A DNA stretch of 64,000 bases from an uncultured Pseudomonadota bacterium. GTDB taxonomy: Bacteria; Babelota; Babeliae; Babelales; CAIQNR01. The notes below the pieces were generated by a model. It did not search any database, was not told the DNA's origin, and worked only from the letters and a program-made list of their open reading frames with translations. Numbering within the stretch: position 1 is the stretch's first letter; every line of letters starts with the position of its first letter. Location of the stretch: positions 118,608 to 182,607 of the forward strand of contig CAZMYL010000002.1 in the NCBI GenBank assembly GCA_964570505.1. The letters run 5' to 3'. The position numbers were made by a program, and so were the translations under genes. This document shows positions 47,925 to 57,547 of the stretch, piece by piece.

Positions 47925-49153
47925 ATAGGAAATCTTTTACACATTGAGCGTACAGATTCTTTTATAGTCAAAATCACTTCATTATTGTTTCTATTATTTA
48001 ATACTTCATCAATAAGAGCTGCTAATGCTCGTGCGTCATTTTCTTTGCATCCGCGTGTGGTAATTGCTGGGGTACCAATTCGTATACCGCTTGTTATCAT
48101 TGGTTTTTCTGGATCAAATGGAATGCAATTTCTATTAAGTGTAATACCGACACTTTCAAGTAATTCTTCAGCTTCTTTTCCAGTAATATTTTTCGAGCGC
48201 AAGTCTAAGACCATCAGATGGTTTTTAGTTGATCCGGAAACAATTCGATACCCACGTTGTATAAATTCATCAGCCATTGCTTGAGCATTAGAAACAATTT
48301 GTTTTTGATAGATTTTAAAATCGCTGTGAAGTGCTAATTTAAACCCAACAGCTTTTGCTGCAATATGATGCATTAAAGGACCTCCTTGAATGCCGGGTAT
48401 AATTGCTTTATCGATTAATGTTGCATACTTTTGCTTGCACATAATAAGTCCCCCTCGAGGGCCGCGTAATGTTTTATGTGTTGTGCTTGTTACAAAATCT
48501 GCATAAGGAAATGGATTAGGATGTATTTTTGCGGCTATAAGGCCTGCGATATGTGCAATATCTGCCATAAGATACGCTCCTACAGATTGTGCTATTTTTG
48601 CAAAACGCTCAAAATCTATAATTTGAGAATAAGCAGATGCGCCGCAAACAATTATTTTTGGTTTGTGCTCTTCTGCAAGCTTTTGAATTTCATCATAATC
48701 AAGTTTTTCTGTTTCTTTATTAACCCCGTAATTAACAGTTTTGTAAAAAGCTCCAGAAAAATTAATAGGATAACCATGCGTTAAATGTCCGCCTGCTGCA
48801 AGATTCATTCCTAAAATAGTATCACCAGGTTTGAGTACTGCAAAATACACCCCCATATTTGCTTGAGATCCTGAATGGGGTTGTACATTAACATGTTCGG
48901 CATCAAAAAGTTCTTTACATCTATCTCGTGCTATATTTTCTACTTCGTCTACAAAAGAACATCCGCCATAATAACGTCTATTAGGGTACCCTTCTGCATA
49001 TTTGTTAGTCATTATTGATCCCGTTGCTTCCATAACAGCAGGCCACGTATAATTTTCCGATGCAATAAGATCGAGCGTGTTTTCAAGTCTTAATTTTTCA
49101 TTTTCTATAGCGCTATTAATAGCAGGATCGATTTCAAAAAGAGTAGTACGCAT
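47909..49153 (-). CDS. glyA: serine hydroxymethyltransferase
   Basis: LIASENY, and [14 protein letters not shown] (PLP-Lys block). Confidence 0.97.
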   Translation of the reverse strand: MRTTLFEIDPAINSAIENEKLRLENTLDLIASENYTWPAVMEATGSIMTNKYAEGYPNRRYYGGCSFVDEVENIARDRCKELFDAEHVNVQPHSGSQANMGVYFAVLKPGDTILGMNLAAGGHLTHGYPINFSGAFYKTVNYGVNKETEKLDYDEIQKLAEEHKPKIIVCGASAYSQIIDFERFAKIAQSVGAYLMADIAHIAGLIAAKIHPNPFPYADFVTSTTHKTLRGPRGGLIMCKQKYATLIDKAIIPGIQGGPLMHHIAAKAVGFKLALHSDFKIYQKQIVSNAQAMADEFIQRGYRIVSGSTKNHLMVLDLRSKNITGKEAEELLESVGITLNRNCIPFDPEKPMITSGIRIGTPAITTRGCKENDARALAALIDEVLNNRNNNEVILTIKESVRSMCKRFPIYNTL

Positions 49154-49235
49154 AAAAAGCTCCTTGTTTTTATAAATGATGCAATTATTACAACCTACTT
49201 AAAATAAGTGATTTGTGAAGTAAAAAAGGCTTAAT

Positions 49236-49263
49236 TTGCTTTTTGCTTATAGGTATTTATAAT
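49236..49263 (+). promoter_or_regulatory. candidate sigma70-type promoter for efp-nusB
   Basis: TTGCTT (49236-49241), a 16-nt spacer, then a perfect TATAAT (49258-49263), about 50 nt upstream of the efp ATG. Confidence 0.4.
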
Positions 49264-49315
49264 GATTACATCGATGTTTTCCTATTAAAGTCTTTATGTT
49301 TTTTGAGGAATTTCT

Positions 49316-49876
49316 ATGATCTCAGCCACAGACCTTCGTAAAGGTACTAAAATTTTGTTTAGAGAAGAGCCACACATGGTGCTTGATTATCATCATATTA
49401 AAATGGGGCGTGGTGGGGCTATTGTTCGAATTAAAGTAAAGAATCTTATTACAGGATCTTCATTTGAAGAAACTTTTCGTTCAGCTGAAAAATTTGAAAA
49501 TCCAAATCTAGAGCGTAAAGATATGCAATATTTGTATGCAGATGGGGATTTATATAACTTTATGGATCAAGAGTCTTTTGAACAAATTTCTCTTGATAAA
49601 GGTAATCTAGAAGATGTTTTAGATTATCTTAAAGAACAAGAAGTTTACAGCGTTCTTTATTTTAAAGAGCGTCCAATTGGGGTAACTCCTCCGTTGTTTA
49701 TGACCATGACTATTACAGAAACAACCCCGGGTGTTCGTGGTGACACAGCTCAAGGTAGTTGCACTAAACTTGCAACAGTTGATACAGGTCTCAAGCTTCA
49801 AGTCCCTTTATTTGTTAATGAAGGTGACAAAATTAAAGTTGATACTCGTACTGGTATTTATATTGAGCGTATTTAA
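49316..49876 (+). CDS. efp: elongation factor P (Arg32 type)
   Basis: MISATDLRKGTKI... with loop HIKMGRGGAIVRIKVKNLITG and three-domain length (186 aa). Codon 32 is CGT (49409-49411). Confidence 0.95.
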   Translation: MISATDLRKGTKILFREEPHMVLDYHHIKMGRGGAIVRIKVKNLITGSSFEETFRSAEKFENPNLERKDMQYLYADGDLYNFMDQESFEQISLDKGNLEDVLDYLKEQEVYSVLYFKERPIGVTPPLFMTMTITETTPGVRGDTAQGSCTKLATVDTGLKLQVPLFVNEGDKIKVDTRTGIYIERI

Positions 49877-49898
49877 TTAGCAATAAGGTTTATATTGT

Positions 49899-50321
49899 AT
49901 GACAGTTGCTCCTACTATTTCTCGTCGTGATTTTAGATCGTTAATATTTCATTTGTTGTATGCCATGGATTCGTATGATTATACAATGCCACTTGAACAA
50001 ATTATTACAATATACAATCAAGAATTTGGATTAGATATTCCGCTTGATGGGGAAATTTTTAAAGTAGTGAGCGCTGTTGTCAATTTGCGTGAAGAATTAG
50101 ATAAAAAAATTATTCCACTTTTAGATAATTGGCGTCTTGAACGTTTAGGAACATGTACATTACTTGTTTTGAGACTTTCAATTTGGGAATTTTTATATAC
50201 TGATATTGCTTCTACTATTATTATTAACGAAGGAATTGAGCTCGCTAAGTGCTTTTCAGAGCGTGATGCTTATAAATTTGTTAATGGTATTTTAGATGAA
50301 GGAGCTAAAAAGCTTAGATAG
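49899..50321 (+). CDS. nusB: transcription antitermination factor NusB
   Basis: RDFRSLIFHLLYAMD, ERLGTCTLLVLRLSIWEF, AYKFVNGILD. Confidence 0.9.
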   Translation: MTVAPTISRRDFRSLIFHLLYAMDSYDYTMPLEQIITIYNQEFGLDIPLDGEIFKVVSAVVNLREELDKKIIPLLDNWRLERLGTCTLLVLRLSIWEFLYTDIASTIIINEGIELAKCFSERDAYKFVNGILDEGAKKLR

Positions 50322-50350
50322 TTATTATTTGATTTGCATTAGGGGTTCGT

Positions 50351-50596
50351 ATGAAAAGAACAGCATTTTTAGTATTATTCTTTTTTGTAGTTGATTCTAT
50401 GTGTAGTAGGTTAGAAGTCGGTGGGGCACCTGCAAAAAGAAGTATTTCTTCATTAGGTTTTTCTATTCCGGCTCACTCTGTATTTTTAGCTTCTAATGGT
50501 ACAATTATAAGTAATGCAGCGTTGAATGATCCTCGTCGAGGACTACATACAAAAGAAAAATTAAAAAAAAAGCTTGAAGAAAGAAAAAATAAATAA
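50351..50596 (+). CDS. small hypothetical secreted protein or lipoprotein
   Basis: 81 aa. Hydrophobic leader MKRTAFLVLFFFVVDSMC. No recognisable domain. Confidence 0.35.
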   Translation: MKRTAFLVLFFFVVDSMCSRLEVGGAPAKRSISSLGFSIPAHSVFLASNGTIISNAALNDPRRGLHTKEKLKKKLEERKNK

Positions 50597-50612
50597 TAAT
50601 AAATAATTTGTT

Positions 50613-51440
50613 TTAAAGATATGGTCTTTCAAGTTGATAAAACGATAATGAAAGGCCATTTTTTTTAGACATATATTTTGAAATAAGTGGTTTGATTTTT
50701 TCTATGTCTCCACTTACAACGTAATTAATTATTTGATTTTTTATAGGTGCTATATTTTTTTTTGTTTTAATCAAGTGCTGTATTGCGGATGAAGCGCTTA
50801 TAAGTTTAATTTTTGGCAGATATTGTGCAATATATGAACTAATAAATGGATAATGAGTGCAGCCTAAAATGAGCGTATCAGCTTTCAGTTCTATAATTTT
50901 TTTTGTATAACATAACACAGCTTCTTCTATTTCTTTTTCTGATCCATTGTTTTCTATGAGAGGGACAAACAATGGGCATGCCTGCTGAATAACAGTAACG
51001 TTTAAATTTCTTTTAAGAATTAACTTTTTGTGTATTTGTGTGTTGATAGTTCTTTCTGTTGCCATTACGGCAATACGATTGTTCTTAGTTAATTTAACAG
51101 CATTATCTGTTGTCATAGAAAGTGGATCTATAAATGAAACTTCAGGAAATTCTTTTTTAAGAGCATCAATTGATGTTGTTGCAGATGTATGACATGCAAT
51201 AACTATTGTATTTATCCCTAAGCTTTTGAAGTATAAAGTTATTTTTTTTGCTCGCTCTATAAGAAATTCTGTTGTTTTTTCTCCATACGGTAAGTATGCA
51301 GTATCTGCAACATACACAAATTTTTTAATTGGAAGTGCCATTAGTTCATTTAGAATTGATATTCCGCCAATCCCCGAATCGAAGAGCCCAATTTCTTGCG
51401 GACAATTTTGAAAAAGAAGCGAGTTTATTTTTGTAGTCAT
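50613..51440 (-). CDS. murI: glutamate racemase
   Basis: GLFDSGIGGISI, VIACHTSA and LGCTHYP. The start is set at the Met at 51440; the listed longer start has no support. Confidence 0.9.
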   Translation of the reverse strand: MTTKINSLLFQNCPQEIGLFDSGIGGISILNELMALPIKKFVYVADTAYLPYGEKTTEFLIERAKKITLYFKSLGINTIVIACHTSATTSIDALKKEFPEVSFIDPLSMTTDNAVKLTKNNRIAVMATERTINTQIHKKLILKRNLNVTVIQQACPLFVPLIENNGSEKEIEEAVLCYTKKIIELKADTLILGCTHYPFISSYIAQYLPKIKLISASSAIQHLIKTKKNIAPIKNQIINYVVSGDIEKIKPLISKYMSKKNGLSLSFYQLERPYL

Positions 51441-52233
51441 ATCTATTTTCTGCAATATAGCTAAACATGTGTTGAGTGAAATTGAAGTCTGTTTCAAGAT
51501 CTTTTTTTCGATCAAAATCAAGTGTAACAATTGGTTGTTTTTTATCAAAAAAATGTATAACAAGATCGTTTTTTTTATGTAGAACAAGTTCTTTCATATG
51601 TGGGATGTAAGCTGCAATAAAAGGGTTTCTCATTTCCATATGACTTGGGCATATTTGATTATATTTCACTTGAATGTTGTAAATATTTTCATGATCAGGA
51701 AATGTACGTTTAAAAATTTGCATTACTGGTTGAATACGATCTCCATATGAAAAAAGATTATAAATTTTTTTAATTCGATTCATATTAGGCAAGTATGAAT
51801 ACATGCACACAGGAGTTGCTAATGTTGTAAGTGAATCTATAAAAATAGAGCTATTTTCTTTTGCGAGTTCTTCTGCTGCAATAATTGCAACATTGCCGCC
51901 ATGACTATGACCAATAATATGTAAACAACCATTAGGGGGCATAATATTTTTGATATAATCTTTGCACAAAATTCCTGCTTCTGCTCTTGCTTGGTAAGAG
52001 TTTTTACCAGACCATAAGAAACGATGCACTTCTGCATTATGATTGAGATGTTTTTTTAGTGTTGTAATAAAAGTATTATTTGGTTTATGCCAAGATGCAT
52101 ATTGAGCAAATGTTCCATGAATTATAATCCAAACTTGTTTTGATTGATGAGCTTGGATCATAGAAAAATTAATTAAAATAAATAAAAAATAAAAAGGAAT
52201 ACGATACATATAAAAAATACTTTTTGTATGCAT
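51346..52233 (-). CDS. alpha/beta-hydrolase (lipase/esterase-like), N-terminal signal or anchor
   Basis: Oxyanion-type IIIHGTF and nucleophile elbow IIGHSHGGN (GxSxG). Confidence 0.7.
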   Translation of the reverse strand: MHTKSIFYMYRIPFYFLFILINFSMIQAHQSKQVWIIIHGTFAQYASWHKPNNTFITTLKKHLNHNAEVHRFLWSGKNSYQARAEAGILCKDYIKNIMPPNGCLHIIGHSHGGNVAIIAAEELAKENSSIFIDSLTTLATPVCMYSYLPNMNRIKKIYNLFSYGDRIQPVMQIFKRTFPDHENIYNIQVKYNQICPSHMEMRNPFIAAYIPHMKELVLHKKNDLVIHFFDKKQPIVTLDFDRKKDLETDFNFTQHMFSYIAENRYDYKNKLASFSKLSARNWALRFGDWRNINSK

Positions 52234-52267
52234 ACGTATTCCTTTTTATTTTAATACTTTAAATCAA

Positions 52268-52672
52268 TTATAGATTTGGAAAAAAATAAGTGATTTCTCG
52301 AGCTGCGCTTGCTTCTGAATCAGATCCATGAGATGCATTGTTGCCTTTTGATGTTCCAAAAAGCTTACGAATGGTTCCTTCATCTGCAAGCATAGGATCT
52401 GTTGCTCCCATAAGATCGCGCCATGCTTTAATAGCGCCATCTTTTTCAAGAACCATAACAACAACGTTTCCAGAAATCATAAAATCAACAAGTTCTCCAA
52501 AAAAACCACGACCATTGTGCTCAGCATAAAAGCCTTCTGCTTCTTTGCGAGTTAATTTTGTTTCCATCATTTTAACAATAGAAAACCCATGATCTTTTAT
52601 TTTTTGAATAATTGCTTGTGTATGTCCAGCTGCAAAAGCATCTGGTTTTATAATTGCAAGAGTTCTTTCCAT
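52268..52672 (-). CDS. ndk: nucleoside diphosphate kinase
   Basis: ERTLAIIKPDA, and NASHGSDS containing the active-site His. Confidence 0.96.
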   Translation of the reverse strand: MERTLAIIKPDAFAAGHTQAIIQKIKDHGFSIVKMMETKLTRKEAEGFYAEHNGRGFFGELVDFMISGNVVVMVLEKDGAIKAWRDLMGATDPMLADEGTIRKLFGTSKGNNASHGSDSEASAAREITYFFPNL

Positions 52673-52681
52673 AATTTCCCT

Positions 52682-54481
52682 TTATTTAGAATTATCTGAT
52701 TTGTGAGCAGCTGCTGCTTTTTCCAACTCTAATTGAAGTTGAGATTTTGGCTTTACTGTATGCTCAGCAACATAATTTGATTCTTCTTTTGCATGATGTT
52801 GTTTAGCTGCTCTTTTTTCTTCTCGAGGAGCTTCAGCTGTTAGTTTTGTGCTAAGACCAAGTTTATGTTCATCTTTACTTACTTTGATAACTCTAAATTG
52901 ATGTTTTTCACCAACTTTGTATAAGTCTTCTATTTTCTTTTCATCTTTCTTTAAGTCGCCAAGTTCAGAAATATGTACAAGGCCTTCAATTCCGCCAGAA
53001 AGTTTTACAAAAATACCAAAGTTAGTAATACGAGAAATTTCACCTTCAATAACATCGTTTACTTTGTAAATAGATTCAATTCCTTCCCATGGATTTTCAG
53101 TAAGTTGCTTAATACCAAGAGAAATCTTTTTGTTTTCAACATCTAAACCAAGAACAACAGCTTCTAAAGCTTCGCCTTTTTTGTAAACATCACCTGGGTG
53201 TTCAATATGTTCTGTCCAAGAAAGATCAGAAACGTGAACAAGGCCATCAATGCCAGGTTTAAGAAGTATAAACATTCCAAAGTCTGTAATATTACTAATA
53301 GTACCTTTTACTTTTTGACCAGGTTTAAACTCTTCTGCTACAGATTCCCAAGGGTTTTTTTCTAAGTGCTTTACACTTAAAGACATACGGCGATTTTCTT
53401 TATCCAAAGAAATAACAAGAGCTTCTACTTCATCACCAATCTTAAAGTGTTTTTTTAAATCGGTAATGCGATCGGTCCAAGAAATTTCTGAAATATGAAT
53501 AAGACCTTCAACTCCTTTTTGAACTTCAACAAAAAGGCCATAGTCTGTAATGCTAGAAACTTTACCCTTAATACGAGAACCATCATGAATATTTGCTGCA
53601 ATAGCTTCCCATGGATTTTCGTTAAGTTGCTTCATGCCAAGAGAGATTTTTTCATTATCTTTGTCAAATGAAAGAACTTTCACTGTAACATTGTCGCCAA
53701 TTCTTACAATTTCACTTGGATGAGAAATTCTTCCCCATGTCATATCAGTAATATGAAGAAGGCCATCAACGCCACCAATATCGATAAATACACCATAATT
53801 GGTAATGTTTTTTACTTGTCCTTGAATAATTTGATTTTCTTCTAAGGTATCAAGTACTCGTTTACGAACTTCTGCACGAGCATCGGTTAAATGTTTACGA
53901 CGAGAAATAATAACGTTTCCACGTTTTTTATTTACTTTAATAATATTTGCAGTAACCATTTGGCCAACATATTGGTCAAAATTTGTTACACGTTGTACAT
54001 CAACTTGTGATCCTGGCAAGAATGCTGGAATACCGATGTCAACAGAAAGACCACCTTTAACTTTATGAGTGACCATACCTTCAACAGGCTTTTCTTCTTC
54101 AAAAAGTTTAATAATGCTATCCCAAGCTTTTAATGCTTTTGCTTTTTCATAAGATAGAACAAGTGATCCATCAGAGCTTTCAAGCTCATCAAGAATAACT
54201 TCTAAAGTATCGCCGATAGCAAGTTTTTTGATTTCATAATTAGAAAATTCAAAGCGTGGAATTAAGCCTTCTGCTTTATATCCAATATCAACAAGAACAC
54301 CGTCATTATTGATGTTTACAATTTTACTTTGAACAATTTTACCTGGACGACATGCAGAAAAAAAACCTTCATATAAGCTAGAAAGTTCTGCAAGTTGTTC
54401 GCTGTTAAGTTCGATATCAGTTTCTACCTCGTTAATATTAACTTTGGCAAACTGACTTGGCTTTATCAGCTCTTTTGACAT
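52682..54481 (-). CDS. rpsA: 30S ribosomal protein S1
   Basis: Six S1 (OB) repeats, each with G.V..I...G.F(V/I).. patterns. AGGAG lies before the ATG. Confidence 0.96.
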   Translation of the reverse strand: MSKELIKPSQFAKVNINEVETDIELNSEQLAELSSLYEGFFSACRPGKIVQSKIVNINNDGVLVDIGYKAEGLIPRFEFSNYEIKKLAIGDTLEVILDELESSDGSLVLSYEKAKALKAWDSIIKLFEEEKPVEGMVTHKVKGGLSVDIGIPAFLPGSQVDVQRVTNFDQYVGQMVTANIIKVNKKRGNVIISRRKHLTDARAEVRKRVLDTLEENQIIQGQVKNITNYGVFIDIGGVDGLLHITDMTWGRISHPSEIVRIGDNVTVKVLSFDKDNEKISLGMKQLNENPWEAIAANIHDGSRIKGKVSSITDYGLFVEVQKGVEGLIHISEISWTDRITDLKKHFKIGDEVEALVISLDKENRRMSLSVKHLEKNPWESVAEEFKPGQKVKGTISNITDFGMFILLKPGIDGLVHVSDLSWTEHIEHPGDVYKKGEALEAVVLGLDVENKKISLGIKQLTENPWEGIESIYKVNDVIEGEISRITNFGIFVKLSGGIEGLVHISELGDLKKDEKKIEDLYKVGEKHQFRVIKVSKDEHKLGLSTKLTAEAPREEKRAAKQHHAKEESNYVAEHTVKPKSQLQLELEKAAAAHKSDNSK

Positions 54482-54610
54482 ATATGCTCCTGGAGTGTTG
54501 CCTGAGCTTACAAGAACGTAAACTACAGGGTTACATAGGGTTAAAAAATAATTACAACAGGTTATAAGGTATCATGTTTTTCAATTTTTACAATTATAAA
54601 AAAAGGTTTT

Positions 54611-54642
54611 AAATAGAAAAACCCCGGTTTTAACGGGGTTTT
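54611..54642 (-). terminator. rho-independent terminator after the MutS-like gene
   Basis: AAAACCCCG-GTTTTAA-CGGGGTTTT, a 9-bp stem about 25 nt after the stop, flanked by A/T runs. Confidence 0.6.
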
Positions 54643-54666
54643 AGTTGTTTTTGTATTTTTATAAAA

Positions 54667-56730
54667 TTATGTTGTTATACGTGCAACAGTCTCTAATTCA
54701 TTTAACCTCTTATTAAGATCAAGACTTGCTGATTCTACATCTGGATCTGAGTTATCGATAAAAATTGCTTGCATTCCAGATTTGTTTTGAGGGTTAGAGC
54801 ATTCTTGAACGATGTTTTCTACCTGTTCTTCTATTAAATTCTTTTTATGTAAAGTGTTTATAAGTGCTTGAATTGTTGTAAAAGGTGTTATTTTCATACC
54901 TCCTGATGCAGGAGCTATGCCTAATGTATTTGCTAAAACAAGCGCCGTGGCTACAACGCTCAGCTCTTTGGTGTTGTTAACTTTTAAAACATTGTCTTTG
55001 TTGAGACTTATTTTTTTAATAGTCATATGAGAATCTTGATCTAAAATACTCCAAACATCGTTGATGATAATGTTTGGTTTGTTTTTTTCTTCTTCAAAAT
55101 TTACAAACACTAATTTGTGAGGAGTATTTTGATATTCTTCATAGAGTTGAGCGCATGAACAGTACGCGTCAATTTCTCCAATTGCTTTAAAAATATTCAG
55201 CCATTCTATTTTGGTATTTTTCATCAATAAGTAAGCGGCAATAATTCTTCCTTGGTTTGAAAACCATGAAGGAGACCCAGTAAAGGTATTAGTTAATAAA
55301 AGTTCAATTAAATAGCGTAAATCGCTCGAAACTTCAGGTGATGTTTTGTCAAAAATACCTTCTATGTATTTGCCATAGGTTAAATTTTTTAAAAATGAAG
55401 GTTTTTCTAAAAGAAGCGTATGTATGTTTTTAATTTGTCGAGCAATATGTCCCATATTAATAAGTTGTGAATGCATGTAATTAAGAAGAGTTGCATTTGA
55501 TTCTTCTCTGTTCAATATATTCAGTGGAATATTAGCAAGATTATTTATGCCTCTTTGTACGCTATTTCCGATTGTTTCAACAACATCGTCAGCTGCTTGC
55601 ATTGCTGCACCTGCGAGTTGAAATTTATCAAAAGTACTTAGTTTATTAAATCCATTAGAAATATCGCTGGAAAGACTATCTATCGTTGCTCCAGGTTGTT
55701 TATTGCTAAAGCTTGATCTATTATCCGGCATTTGTTGTAGAGTTTGAAAAAATAGAGGAGATTTTGACATTCTTTCAATGTAATTACTTGCATTGTCAAG
55801 CTCTTCAGGAGTAGCCTCTTTTTCATTTTTTTTGAATGCTTCTTTTTTATAATCATCAAAGAGTTCTTTTTTTTCTTGGGCGTTTAGTTGTTGTACGGAA
55901 AGTCCTGCTAAAAGAGCTAACCCTAGAGATTGTTTGTCGAGAGCTTCAAGTGGGTTTGCTACGGCTCCTGCAATTTGATTTGCAAGTAAGTATGCAGTTC
56001 CTGCAGCAGCTCCTGCGTAGCCTGCTGTCCGCAATCTGCCGCCAGTTTGATAGATATTTTGCATTAAAGGACTAGAATTAAAATAACTGAGCCCTAACCA
56101 GTCACCCCAGCTGCCTTTATTGTAATAATATTTTTTATGAATTTCTTTTTCATAATCTTGATTAGGATTAAAGAAATTAAAATAGTTGTTTTCATATTGT
56201 TTTATAACATGCAAATAATTGCGTAATTCATTGGCCTTGTTTTTATTGTCTTTTAAAAAATTAATAATCTTTTTTTGTTTGTTGAGTGTTTTTATTGGCT
56301 TTATTGTTAAAAGCCATTGAGTTAATAAGGCTGTTCCAAATGGAGTAATGGTTCTATCTATTACATCCAATACAGAGCTTTTATCTGTTTGGTGAAGTAG
56401 TTGAAGATTTAAAAAGGTATAAGGAGAAATAAGGCCAATAACTTCTGGCGAAGCCTTTGTTGTAGAAAGAAAATAATTAAGAATTAAGTTGTTTTTTTTG
56501 TTAAATGGTATTGGGTCAATAGGTAAATCTGTAGTAATGCTTGTAGCGTTATAAGCTGAAGCAATAGCAGGGTTGTTGTAATAAGCATCTCTATATGCAT
56601 TTATGAGCCCATTATATTGTTGAGGAAAAATAGATTGTTCTTCTGTAGTTGGTTCTTCTGCTGTAAAAAGTAATGAGCTGCCCATTAAAAAAAAGCTTAA
56701 AAATGTAATTAAACCTATATTTTTTTTCAT
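54667..56730 (-). CDS. MutS-related protein with signal peptide and degenerate ATPase motifs
   Basis: Leader MKKNIGLITFLSFFLMGSSLLFTA. MutS core block NLQLL...SVLDVIDRTITPFGTALLTQWL. The C-terminal stretch LKVNNTKELSVVATALVLANTLGIAPASG aligns to the GPNMGGKST...AQ.G.fVPA region but lacks the P-loop. Confidence 0.7.
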   Translation of the reverse strand: MKKNIGLITFLSFFLMGSSLLFTAEEPTTEEQSIFPQQYNGLINAYRDAYYNNPAIASAYNATSITTDLPIDPIPFNKKNNLILNYFLSTTKASPEVIGLISPYTFLNLQLLHQTDKSSVLDVIDRTITPFGTALLTQWLLTIKPIKTLNKQKKIINFLKDNKNKANELRNYLHVIKQYENNYFNFFNPNQDYEKEIHKKYYYNKGSWGDWLGLSYFNSSPLMQNIYQTGGRLRTAGYAGAAAGTAYLLANQIAGAVANPLEALDKQSLGLALLAGLSVQQLNAQEKKELFDDYKKEAFKKNEKEATPEELDNASNYIERMSKSPLFFQTLQQMPDNRSSFSNKQPGATIDSLSSDISNGFNKLSTFDKFQLAGAAMQAADDVVETIGNSVQRGINNLANIPLNILNREESNATLLNYMHSQLINMGHIARQIKNIHTLLLEKPSFLKNLTYGKYIEGIFDKTSPEVSSDLRYLIELLLTNTFTGSPSWFSNQGRIIAAYLLMKNTKIEWLNIFKAIGEIDAYCSCAQLYEEYQNTPHKLVFVNFEEEKNKPNIIINDVWSILDQDSHMTIKKISLNKDNVLKVNNTKELSVVATALVLANTLGIAPASGGMKITPFTTIQALINTLHKKNLIEEQVENIVQECSNPQNKSGMQAIFIDNSDPDVESASLDLNKRLNELETVARITT

Positions 56731-56824
56731 GACTGTGCCTTTATAAAAACAATTATATTTATTTCTAATAGTAATTCTTTATAAAGTGCATAATCAAGAG
56801 TTTTTTAATATACAGTAAAGTTTT

Positions 56825-57532
56825 TTATATTTCACAAGAAGTGTTTTTGATGGTCATTTTTTTTAAAAGACGAGCTACTAAAAAATAGTGTAAAAAAGTA
56901 AGAAGCGGCGGAAGTGTTGAAATGATAGGGTAAAGCCATAAAATTATTTGACGTAAATCTGTTAAAAAAAGCTTAAATTTGCCAGGAACAAAGGGTAAAA
57001 AAACTATAGCGCCACGGGCTCTAAATGCATTGGTTACAACCTCTCTTTTGTTTGCTGCTGTTTTTATAACGTTTATGTCTGGCCAAATTGTTGTTTGAAA
57101 GTAGCTAATTTTTTGCATAATTCCAAAATATGAAAATAGTCCTAGTATGGCTAATGCAATAAATGCATATGCTGTAATATGAAAGTTTACAGAAAAACCT
57201 AAAATACTCATGCGTTGCCAGAATTTTTTTCCATCTCCTTTATATGTATTGATCCAATAGCAGGTATAGATTCCTATGCATGATACAGCAATTGTTATTG
57301 CTACAATAAGCCAAGCCCAAGTATTGTAAAAGGCAATGTCTTTATCCATTTCTGTTAATAGTTGTTTAAATTGGTATTCAACGAGCTGATGACCAAGAAT
57401 GAGCATGCTAAAAATAATAATGCTTGAAAGGTGAATAAGTGGAGATAGAAAAATAAAAAAGTATGATTTTCTTCTTGAAATTCGTTCGTTTTTTAATTCT
57501 TCTGTAAGTTTATTCATATCCCATAAAAACAT
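56825..57532 (-). CDS. hypothetical multi-pass membrane protein
   Basis: 235 aa with 5-6 hydrophobic helices. No recognisable motif. Confidence 0.6.
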   Translation of the reverse strand: MFLWDMNKLTEELKNERISRRKSYFFIFLSPLIHLSSIIIFSMLILGHQLVEYQFKQLLTEMDKDIAFYNTWAWLIVAITIAVSCIGIYTCYWINTYKGDGKKFWQRMSILGFSVNFHITAYAFIALAILGLFSYFGIMQKISYFQTTIWPDINVIKTAANKREVVTNAFRARGAIVFLPFVPGKFKLFLTDLRQIILWLYPIISTLPPLLTFLHYFLVARLLKKMTIKNTSCEI

Positions 57533-57547
57533 TATGGCTCCTTTGAT

